The notes beneath the pieces were generated by a model that was not told where the DNA came from, made no database searches, and saw only the letters and a program-made list of their open reading frames with translations. Shown here piece by piece: positions 52,200-64,000 of a stretch of 64,000 bases of DNA. A program made the translations under genes and the position numbers. Position 1 is the stretch's first letter, and every line of letters begins with the position of its first letter. This DNA is from Candidatus Omnitrophota bacterium (lineage in GTDB: Bacteria; Omnitrophota; Gorgyraeia; Gygaellales; Profunditerraquicolaceae), in assembly GCA_049517335.1 (NCBI GenBank), contig JBEKSD010000001.1:160032-224031 (forward strand), read 5' to 3'.

Positions 52200-53912
52200 A
52201 TGGCGTCGATTAAAGAGAATGTAATAGGCTTATTATTAAAGAATAATCTTCTTACCAGAGAGCAGCTGGACGAGGCGTTGCTTATCCAGAAGGAAAAAGG
52301 AGTGCCGTTAAGGAAGGTCCTCATCAGCCAGAAATTAATTTCTGAAGAGACGCTACTTTCTTTGTTTTCAAGGCAACTCTATATGCCCACGCTGCATTTA
52401 AGCAAATACAGGTTTGACCCAGTTGTGGTTAGCCTTGTGCCTGAACGTATGGCTCGGCTTTACAATCTGATACCCCTATCAAAGATTGGAGATACCTTGA
52501 CCGTGGCAATGTCAGACCCGCTTAATGTGTTTGCGTTGGATGACCTTAAGACCATTACAGGCTGTGATATTGATACGGTCTTAAGTTCCGAAGAAGAAAT
52601 ATCCCGGGTCATAGATACACAATACCGTAGTGAAGTCAGGAATATGCAGGAAATACTGGATGAAAATGTTTTAGATGTCAAAGCCGGAAGCGAAAAAAAT
52701 ATTGAACTGCTGAGGCCGGATGAAATAGAATTAAGCAGCGTATTGGAAGAAAGTGAGAAGGCTCCAATTGTTAAGCTTGTGGATTTGATGCTTTCGCAGG
52801 CGCTTAAGAAACGCGCTTCGGATATCCATATCGAACCTGAGGTTGATTGTGTACGCGTCAGGTACCGTATTGACGGCGCCCTGCATGACATACTTAAAAT
52901 CCCCAAGAAAAACCAGAATGCGGTTATTGCCCGCTTAAAAATTGTATCCAATCTTGATATTACCGAAAATCGCATACCTCAGGACGGTCGTTTTAAGGTA
53001 AGGTTTGAAAATAAAGAAGTTGATTTCCGCGTTTCCAGCCTACCCACCACATTCGGCCAGAAGTTTGTTTTGCGTGCGCTTGATAAATCAAATCTTTCTT
53101 TAGGGTTGGATAAACTAGGTTTCTCCGAACAGCCGTTCAGGATTTTTCAGGAAGCAATTACCAAGCCGTTCGGCATGATTCTTGTTACGGGACCTACGGG
53201 TTCGGGTAAATCTACCACGCTTTATTCGGTCTTAAGCCAGCTAAATACGCCTGAGCGCAATATCATTACAATTGAAGACCCGGTAGAATATCAGGTTGAA
53301 GGGATAACCCAGATACAGGTGAAGCCCGATATAGGTTTGGATTTTGCATCGGGTTTGCGTTCACTCCTGCGCCAGAGCCCTGATGTAATCATGATCGGAG
53401 AAATACGCGACCCCGAGACTGCAGATATCGCCATCAAAGCGGCACTTACGGGCCAGCTTATGCTTTCAACCTTACATACTAATGACGCCATAACCAGTAT
53501 TACTCGCCTTATTGATATGGGGGTTGAGCCGTTCCTTGTTGCTTCCAGCCTTATAATGCTTTGCGCGCAGAGGTTGTGCAGGAAGATATGCCCCCGCTGC
53601 AAGAAACCAACGGAAGTCCGGAAAGATTTCTTGGAAAAAATCGGCTTTAAGGGAGAATCCAAATTTTACACGGCCGAGGGGTGTAAATATTGCAGTAGTA
53701 CCGGGTTTCACGGCCGCGTGGCAATACTGGAAGCGGTATCGATAGATGACGCAATCAGGGAGATGATTATCAGGAGGAAATCTATCGACGAGATAAAGAA
53801 ATATGCAATTGAAAAACGCGGTATGCTGACTTTAAGGGACGATGCCTTTTTAAAAGTAAAAGAGGAGCTGACTACCCTTGAAGAGGCGCTGAGGATTACA
53901 ACCGAGGAGTAA
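52200..53912 (+). CDS. pilB: PilB/GspE-family extension ATPase (copy 2)
   Basis: ASDIHIEP, GPTGSGKSTT, TIEDPVE, GEIRD, STLHTN and CPRC..CKYC. Confidence 0.9.
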   Translation: MASIKENVIGLLLKNNLLTREQLDEALLIQKEKGVPLRKVLISQKLISEETLLSLFSRQLYMPTLHLSKYRFDPVVVSLVPERMARLYNLIPLSKIGDTLTVAMSDPLNVFALDDLKTITGCDIDTVLSSEEEISRVIDTQYRSEVRNMQEILDENVLDVKAGSEKNIELLRPDEIELSSVLEESEKAPIVKLVDLMLSQALKKRASDIHIEPEVDCVRVRYRIDGALHDILKIPKKNQNAVIARLKIVSNLDITENRIPQDGRFKVRFENKEVDFRVSSLPTTFGQKFVLRALDKSNLSLGLDKLGFSEQPFRIFQEAITKPFGMILVTGPTGSGKSTTLYSVLSQLNTPERNIITIEDPVEYQVEGITQIQVKPDIGLDFASGLRSLLRQSPDVIMIGEIRDPETADIAIKAALTGQLMLSTLHTNDAITSITRLIDMGVEPFLVASSLIMLCAQRLCRKICPRCKKPTEVRKDFLEKIGFKGESKFYTAEGCKYCSSTGFHGRVAILEAVSIDDAIREMIIRRKSIDEIKKYAIEKRGMLTLRDDAFLKVKEELTTLEEALRITTEE

Positions 53913-53914
53913 CT

Positions 53915-54985
53915 GTGGACGAGAAGATTAAAATTTTAATGATTGCATCGGAGGACGACTTTTCGGACTATATTAAAGACGCGCTTGAACTTAACGACGA
54001 ATTTATCCTTCATTTTGAAAGTTTTCTTGAAGGGGGATTATCAGCTTTAAAACATGGAGTTTTTGATGTGCTTATAGTCAATCCGGGTATCCCCGCAGAC
54101 CCTTATGCGGATTTTATAAGAGAGCTTAAAAAAGCGGATCCCGAAGCCGTAATTATCGCGTTTTTAGGCGATAATGAAAGTTCAAAAATGGCCGCTCTAG
54201 CCAATCTTGGTGTATATGATTTTATAACCAAGCCCCTGAATCTTGAGAATCTGTTTTTATTAATCAGGAAAGCCGGCCAGTTTCATCACGCTTTAACGCT
54301 GTCCAATAAACAGATACGGAGCTTAAAAGAACAGAATAATGCTTTAGCAAAGCAAAACCTGCTTTTAGCCGGAAGGATTGAAGATTCGGCAAAAAGTTTA
54401 AGCCGCCTTTATGAAGCGTTACGCTCAACGTATTTGCGCACCATAAAAGTCCTCGCCCAGACAATAGACGCACGCGATCATTATACGCACAGCCATTCCG
54501 AGAACGTAGCAAAATACGCCGTAGCAATAGCCGAGGATTTGGCGTTGTCTGCCAAAGAAGTTGAGAACATAAGAGAAGCGTGTGAATTACATGATCTGGG
54601 CAAAATTGGGGTTGAAGACAATATCTTAAGCAAACCTTCCGGCCTGACCGCACTGGAGTGGGAACAGATTAAACTCCATCCGGTTATCGGAGCGAAAATC
54701 CTTGAACCGTTGACTTTCTTAGGCGATGTGATAGACTTGGTAAAGCAGCATCATGAGCATTATAACGGGACAGGTTATCCGGAAGGGATAAAATTGGATA
54801 ATATCCTTTTGGGCGCGCGTATAATTCACGTCGCCGATGCTTATGAGGCTATGCGTTCGGTGCGGCCCTACAGGAAGCATACTTTTTCCAAAGAAGAAGC
54901 AGTCGCTGAGATTGAAAGGAATGCGGGGATACAGTTTGACCCCGAAGTTGTAAAAGCATTTCTGAGGGTAGTGGACAAGTTATGA
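53915..54985 (+). CDS. Pseudo-receiver HD-GYP phosphodiesterase
   Basis: Receiver-like N-terminus (FITKP; acceptor position reads LIVN), then RDHYTHSHS, LHDLGK, HHEHYNGTGYP and RPYR. Confidence 0.87.
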   Translation: MDEKIKILMIASEDDFSDYIKDALELNDEFILHFESFLEGGLSALKHGVFDVLIVNPGIPADPYADFIRELKKADPEAVIIAFLGDNESSKMAALANLGVYDFITKPLNLENLFLLIRKAGQFHHALTLSNKQIRSLKEQNNALAKQNLLLAGRIEDSAKSLSRLYEALRSTYLRTIKVLAQTIDARDHYTHSHSENVAKYAVAIAEDLALSAKEVENIREACELHDLGKIGVEDNILSKPSGLTALEWEQIKLHPVIGAKILEPLTFLGDVIDLVKQHHEHYNGTGYPEGIKLDNILLGARIIHVADAYEAMRSVRPYRKHTFSKEEAVAEIERNAGIQFDPEVVKAFLRVVDKL

Positions 54986-55062
54986 CCCATTCGACTCGCT
55001 TCGCTCGCTCAGGGTCATCCTGAGCGGACGACGAACGAAGTTAGGGGGAAGTTGAAGGATGA
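54982..55062. mobile_element. MITE/REP-like double-hairpin element between the HD-GYP gene and pilC
   Basis: Hairpins ATGACCC..GGGTCAT and CATCCTGAGC..GTTGAAGGATG; mirror-repeat loop CTCGCTTCGCTC; ATGA at both ends. Confidence 0.65.
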
Positions 55063-56270
55063 ATTCTTATCAGTATACGGCAAAAGATAAAACAGGCCAG
55101 GCTGTAAGCGGCGTGGTAGAGGCAGCCTCAGAGCTAGAGGCAGCCGAAATCCTGCATAAAAAAGATTTGATTGTCCTTTCTGTCGCACCCGTTAAGGGAA
55201 AACCCGCCAAGGACAAATCCGTAAAAAACCAAAAGGTCAAGACGGATGACTTAGTGGTTTTTTCCCGCCAGCTCGCCACCATGATTGACGCCGGCATCCC
55301 CTTGGTCCATGCTTTGGGTATTTTAGCCGAGCAAACCGAGGCAAAAGGGTTAAAAGACGTAGTTGCGGTTGTGCGGCGCGACATAGAAGCAGGGATGAAT
55401 TTTGCGGATGCCTTATCAAAGCACGACAAAGTTTTCTCCGAACTTTTTATTAATATGGCCAAAGCCGGCGAATCTTCCGGTATGCTTGATGAAGTATTGG
55501 ACAGGCTGGCAACCTATTTAGAGAAAACGGCGGCTTTAAACCGAAAAATTGGCTCAAGCCTTGTTTATCCTGAGGTCGTGATTACTATGGCGATTTTGAT
55601 AACCGGAGTCTTGCTTTTAAAAGTTGTTCCTACCTTTAAGGGCATTTTTGAGAGCTTGGGAGGGACGCTGCCGCTGCCTACCCGGATACTTATCTTTATA
55701 AGCGACCTTTTAAGCAGGTATTTTTTGTATATAGTTGCTGCAATCGTTATTACGGGCTTCCTATTTAAGAGATACATTAGTACCGACGCAGGTAGGTATC
55801 AATTTGACCGTAGGAAACTTGAAATGCCTGTTTTGGGTGTCTTGTTCAAGAAGATAGCTGTGGCAAAATTTGCCCGCACGTTCTCAACTTTGGTTAAAAG
55901 CGGCGTTTCTATATTGAACGCGCTTGAGATTGTTTCCAAGACTTCCGGCAATAGAGTGGTGGAGAATGCCATAATGGAGTGCCAGAAAAGCGTGCGCGAA
56001 GGCGAGCCGATTTCAAAACCGCTTTCTAAAAGCGGCGTATTCCCACTGATGGTTTGCCGCATGATCGGGGTAGGGGAACAGACAGGGCAACTTGAGAAGA
56101 TGCTTACAAAGATCGCCGACTTTTATGATGAACAAGTGGATGCGGCGGCCGCGGCATTAACTAGCTTAATAGAGCCTTTGGTCATCGCTTTTTTGGGGAT
56201 TGTCATCGGTGGCATAGTCATCTCGCTCTTTTTACCCATATTCAAGATTAGCCAGCTAATTTCTCACTAA
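55059..56270 (+). CDS. pilC: Type IV pilus / T2SS platform protein PilC (GspF family)
   Basis: FSRQLATMIDAGIPL, AGESSGMLDEVL.RLA.Y.E, GEQTGQLEKML and IEP..LFLPIF. Confidence 0.93.
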   Translation: MNSYQYTAKDKTGQAVSGVVEAASELEAAEILHKKDLIVLSVAPVKGKPAKDKSVKNQKVKTDDLVVFSRQLATMIDAGIPLVHALGILAEQTEAKGLKDVVAVVRRDIEAGMNFADALSKHDKVFSELFINMAKAGESSGMLDEVLDRLATYLEKTAALNRKIGSSLVYPEVVITMAILITGVLLLKVVPTFKGIFESLGGTLPLPTRILIFISDLLSRYFLYIVAAIVITGFLFKRYISTDAGRYQFDRRKLEMPVLGVLFKKIAVAKFARTFSTLVKSGVSILNALEIVSKTSGNRVVENAIMECQKSVREGEPISKPLSKSGVFPLMVCRMIGVGEQTGQLEKMLTKIADFYDEQVDAAAAALTSLIEPLVIAFLGIVIGGIVISLFLPIFKISQLISH

Positions 56271-56311
56271 GTTGAGTGTTTTTAAGTAGTTTAGTTTTAT
56301 TAAAAAAATAC

Positions 56312-56339
56312 TTGACAATATAGAGTTATCTGTTATATT
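56312..56339 (+). promoter_or_regulatory. rRNA operon promoter
   Basis: AT-rich UP-like tract, TTGACA, 16 bp spacer, TG-n-TATATT. Confidence 0.75.
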
Positions 56340-56451
56340 TATATTCCCCGTTAAGTATAGGGGGCTACTTATAGTGAAAATACTTAAGAGAGGTATTGAC
56401 AAAATTAACTAAGCAATAGAAACGGCAGAAGGACGAGTTTCGTAAATCTTG

Positions 56452-56492
56452 AAACGTCCCGGCAGCTGTCGGGGCGTTTTTTATTTTTTTTT
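56452..56492 (+). terminator. Intrinsic-terminator-like hairpin in the rRNA leader
   Basis: AAACGTCCCGGC-AGCT-GTCGGGGCGTTT followed by a long T tract; a boxA-like TGCTCTTTTGATAA follows immediately. Confidence 0.6.
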
Positions 56493-56666
56493 GCTCTTTT
56501 GATAATTGAAAATAGCCAAGCGAGTCGCGTTACACATCAAGCAATTGATGGGTAATACGACTTTAGGCCTACGTGAGTCCTTTGCTGGATTCACGAGGTC
56601 AATTCACAAGAGGTAACAAATAATAAATAAATCATTAGAGCCATCATACATAATTTTTCGAAAAAT

Positions 56667-58250
<1,584 letters not shown>

Positions 58251-58402
58251 AAAAACTTTTCACGGAGTTTTTTTGGAGCTTGGCTATTTCAATTTTTTTC
58301 TAAGGGAGCTACTCTTTAACAATTGAGAGGGCTTCTGATTTATTGTGTATTAGAGTGTAATGAATCAGGGCATTACACAATGTAAATTAGCACTCTAAAT
58401 TC

Positions 58403-58479
58403 GGGCCCATAGCTCAGTTGGTTAGAGCACAGCCCTGATAAGACTGGGGTCAGTGGTTCGAATCCACTTGGGCCCACCA
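58403..58479 (+). tRNA. tRNA-Ile(GAT)
   Basis: Cloverleaf GGGCCCA...TGGGCCCACCA with anticodon loop CTGATAA, in the ITS. Confidence 0.95.
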
Positions 58480-58484
58480 TTATT

Positions 58485-58560
58485 GGGGGCGTAGCTCAGC
58501 TGGGAGAGCACCTGCTTTGCAAGCAGGGGGTCGGCAGTTCGATCCTGCTCGCCTCCACCA
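58485..58560 (+). tRNA. tRNA-Ala(TGC)
   Basis: Cloverleaf with G3:U70 pair, anticodon loop TTTGCAA and encoded CCA. Confidence 0.97.
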
Positions 58561-58769
58561 AAATACAGCGTAAACTTGTTTCGCGTTTCGTACGCGAATC
58601 TACGCTCTTTGACAACTTTCTGACACGTAAGTGTCAGACTATTCCTGCAATTGATGAGATTGACAGGGATAGACATCAAGTAACAAGGTCTTTTTTAGAT
58701 CTTGCAAATCCCGCGCAAGCGGGGTTTGGGTAAAAACTACAAATCAAAACCGAGAGAATCAGGTTTATT

Positions 58770-61715
<2,946 letters not shown>

Positions 61716-61850
61716 TTAATACCTTTTTGCTCTACAAAAAGGTATTAACTCCAAGCTTCCTTCAAAGCAAAAGTGATTGAAGCGAGGAGTAAATCTTCTC
61801 TGGTTTTGGATTTGTGTTTTATTAAAGCTTGATGTGGTTGTTGATGTTTT

Positions 61851-61967
61851 TTGGAGTGCTCATACCGAGGGGGAAACACCCGTTCCCATTCCGAATACGG
61901 CAGTTAAGCCCTTCAGGGCCGATGGTAGTGTAGTCGTAAGGCTATGTGAGAGTAGGTCGGTGCTCCT
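61851..61967 (+). rRNA. rrf: 5S rRNA (ends approximate)
   Basis: CACCCGTTCCCATTCCGAA, GTTAAGC, GCCGATGGTA and GAGAGTAGGTCG. Confidence 0.96.
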
Positions 61968-61972
61968 TAAAT

Positions 61973-62010
61973 AAAAAAAGCCCAGCTATTAATTTAGCTG
62001 GGCTTTTTTT
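61973..62010. terminator. Bidirectional intrinsic terminator of the rRNA operon
   Basis: A-tract, GCCCAGCTA-TTAATT-TAGCTGGGC, T-tract. Confidence 0.9.
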
Positions 62011-62217
62011 ATTTGTCCTTAGGCGATACAAAAAAGAACAAGAGTCAGGGTTCACTGCTTCACTTCTACAGCCCCAGCTCTTGTATGGAAGGATGGTTAA
62101 CTATACGTACCTTTATTCTACCCACCTTCCAACTAAAGTATATAACATTTAATTCCAATTACAAGAGGCGGAGAAGAATTATTTTTTAAGGGGCATATTT
62201 TAAACAGATAATTTTGA

Positions 62218-62246
62218 TTGACATATATATATAATAGCGTTAGAAT
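62218..62246 (+). promoter_or_regulatory. Promoter upstream of the MEDS gene
   Basis: TTGACA, 17 bp spacer, TAGAAT. Confidence 0.65.
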
Positions 62247-62349
62247 TTATCACTTCCGTAAAGGAGCAGTAAAAATTTTGGGTAATTAAATTCACGAGCA
62301 ACTTTGTAAAAACAATAGTTGCTTTTTTATTTTTATAAGGAATAATGAC

Positions 62350-62901
62350 ATGGGTAGCCATACTTGTTTGTATTATGAGTCTGAAGAAAACTTATTAGAG
62401 TTAGTATCTTCTTTTTTTGAGCAAGGATTCAGAACCAATAAGTTATGCCTATGGGTTGTTCCGCAATCACTTGGAGTTAAAGGTGCGAAGGCAGCCTTGA
62501 GTAAGAAAATAAAAGATTTGGATATATATATAGAAAAAGATCAGCTTGAATTATTAAGTCACGAAGATGTGTATCTCAAATCGGGGATATTTAATGCAGA
62601 TGATACCCTAGCACTTTTTGCTAAAAAATGGCAGGATGTATTAAAACAGGGTTTCAGCGGGCTTTGTGTAAGTGGAGATGCTTCTTGGCTTGAAAAAAAA
62701 GATTGGGATAAAATAACTACTTATGAAAAAGAAGTAGACAAATTAATACCCCAAAGAGAGATAACAGCTCTATGCACTTATCCTGCTGAAAAATTTGATA
62801 TGGTTAATTTGTTTAGTTTAAGTTTTTCTCACGATCTTATTATTAGAAAAAATAATGATAAAACGGATATTTTAATGGACAGACGAGATATTTTTAAATA
62901 A
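62350..62901 (+). CDS. Stand-alone MEDS (DcmR sensory) domain protein
   Basis: GSHTCLYY, FFEQG....CLWV, YLKSGIF, GLCVSGDASW, YE.EV and ALCTY...H pattern. Confidence 0.8.
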   Translation: MGSHTCLYYESEENLLELVSSFFEQGFRTNKLCLWVVPQSLGVKGAKAALSKKIKDLDIYIEKDQLELLSHEDVYLKSGIFNADDTLALFAKKWQDVLKQGFSGLCVSGDASWLEKKDWDKITTYEKEVDKLIPQREITALCTYPAEKFDMVNLFSLSFSHDLIIRKNNDKTDILMDRRDIFK

Positions 62902-62903
62902 AG

Positions 62904-63128
62904 ATGATTAAACTTATCCAAATTTTACTTTCACTCCTTAGTGTCACATTCGGATTATTCATGTTCCTTAAGCCGGATTTGGCTATTGAAATGCAAAGAA
63001 AGTTTTATGCGACAATCAATTGGCGCATTGAGCCGATTTCAATGCAAAAAGAATTACGCAATACCAAAATTATGGGTATATTTTTGATTGTTTTCGCTCT
63101 CTCAACACTGCTATTCATTTCGCGTTAA
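62904..63128 (+). CDS. Small two-TM hypothetical membrane protein
   Basis: Two hydrophobic segments around a WRIEP loop; starts 2 bp after the MEDS gene. Confidence 0.65.
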   Translation: MIKLIQILLSLLSVTFGLFMFLKPDLAIEMQRKFYATINWRIEPISMQKELRNTKIMGIFLIVFALSTLLFISR

Positions 63129-63179
63129 AAATACAGAAAACTGTTTCTATTATTTTGTCCCATAATTAGCTGGTCCTGC

Positions 63180-63282
63180 CTGTCGAGCCACCTCGCCGTG
63201 CTCACTTACGTTGTGTACGGCAAGGTCTTCGTCTCGGCAGTCACCCGCGAATTACTCATTCGTTCGTAATCTCGCCTGGGGG
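63180..63282. repeat. GC-rich palindromic REP/MITE-like element
   Basis: Nested inverted repeats CTGTCGAG/CTCGGCAG and ACCTCGCCGTGC/GTACGGCAAGGT, then GCGAATTAC/GTAATCTCGC around a TCATTCGTTC loop, in AT-rich surroundings. Confidence 0.6.
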
Positions 63283-63344
63283 TATTTTTAGCAATGCACT
63301 AGCACATTAGAAGCAAATAGGTGCAGAATAAGGAAATCTAACCT

Positions 63345-63521
63345 TTGGAAAAACTATTAACCTTACAAGAAGTATGTGAATTCTTACAGGTTACGCCATC
63401 GTTGGTTTATAAATGGGTCCATTATGGGTTTGTGCCACATATAAAAATTGGAACTTGTATTAGGTTTGAGGAGGGTAAATTAAAAACTTGGCTTATAAAA
63501 AGAGAGAGACCTGGGAGATGA
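63345..63521 (+). CDS. Excisionase-like helix-turn-helix DNA-binding protein (58 aa, not in the ORF track)
   Basis: TTG start after AAGGA; my translation is MEKLLTLQEVCEFLQVTPSLVYKWVHYGFVPHIKIGTCIRFEEGKLKTWLIKRERPGR, an HTH_17/Xis pattern. Confidence 0.75.
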   Translation: MEKLLTLQEVCEFLQVTPSLVYKWVHYGFVPHIKIGTCIRFEEGKLKTWLIKRERPGR

Positions 63522-63614
63522 ACGTATAAACCAAATATTCCTGACTTAAAATAATAAAAAGTAGTATAATTATATAATAAATTACTGATGAATTAAGCCT
63601 AAGGAGTTTATAGT

Positions 63615-64000
63615 ATGATATTGGTATATTCTGATGAATCAGGAATAAATTATAAGTTGAATGGTGATTTTTTCAATGATGGTCCTTTTATTATCAGGGG
63701 TGGAATTTTTGTGAATGAGAGCAAATATTTTCACCTTGAAAGAATGTTTATTGAATTAATAGATGATTATTTTAAGATTAGTGATTGGTTGTTGCAAGAA
63801 ATTCATGCATCAAATATCTGGAATAGAAAAGGATTTTTCTCTGGCTTTGAAGAAAAACATATCAAGTCTTTTTTTGGAGAGTTAATACAGGTAGTAGTTA
63901 AACTAAAAATTCATTATGTGTGTGGAGTTAGAAAAAAAACAAAGAATGCAGATGTTAATCTACAAATAACAGAAATCAACAAAGCAAACTTTTCTTTTCT
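63615..64000 (+). CDS. DUF3800-like (RNase H-like) protein, runs off the window end
   Basis: AAGGAG RBS; MILVYSDESG start and a later EIHA motif; frame open to the window end. Confidence 0.65.
   Translation, partial: MILVYSDESGINYKLNGDFFNDGPFIIRGGIFVNESKYFHLERMFIELIDDYFKISDWLLQEIHASNIWNRKGFFSGFEEKHIKSFFGELIQVVVKLKIHYVCGVRKKTKNADVNLQITEINKANFSF

Noticed and set aside
63519-63554. TGA read-through or an alternative genetic code in the HTH gene
   Set aside because: Many core genes in the window end at TGA in ATGA overlaps, so the standard code applies.

Overview
Core-chromosome segment of a bacterium that is most likely in the PVC superphylum. The 16S variants ACTCCTACGGGAGGCTGCAG and GATTAGGCATGCAAGTC plus the gene content suggest Omnitrophota/OP3, which is an inference and not a database match. 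Almost everything is on the + strand. In order: pgpA with a convergent cinA-thpR pair; an FMN-riboswitch-led rib operon containing nusB and a PHP phosphatase; tRNA-Pro; acyP-ligA-lipoprotein-MBL hydrolase-xerD-tRNA nucleotidyltransferase-rbfA-nrnA-ribF; a dcw cluster (mraZ to ftsA) with an inserted secreted zinc peptidase and no ftsZ; yggS-proC-mtnP-ileS-dksA-like-lspA-lgt-rluD; a coiled-coil protein, aroA and mreBCD-mrdA-rodA; a radical SAM gene; a c-di-GMP/type IV pilus motor module; a complete rRNA operon; and an AT-rich accessory region running off the window end. Highlights: (1) an FtsZ-less dcw cluster whose FtsA has altered ATP motifs and lacks the FtsZ-binding Arg; (2) a pilus motor module built from a pseudo-cyclase, a stand-alone MshEN protein, two PilB ATPases and a pseudo-receiver HD-GYP; (3) an attenuator-like switch in the rRNA leader; (4) a family of short palindromic elements, one of which splits an ATGA gene overlap; (5) an FMN riboswitch with a structured insertion. 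Protein calls come from motif recognition by eye only.
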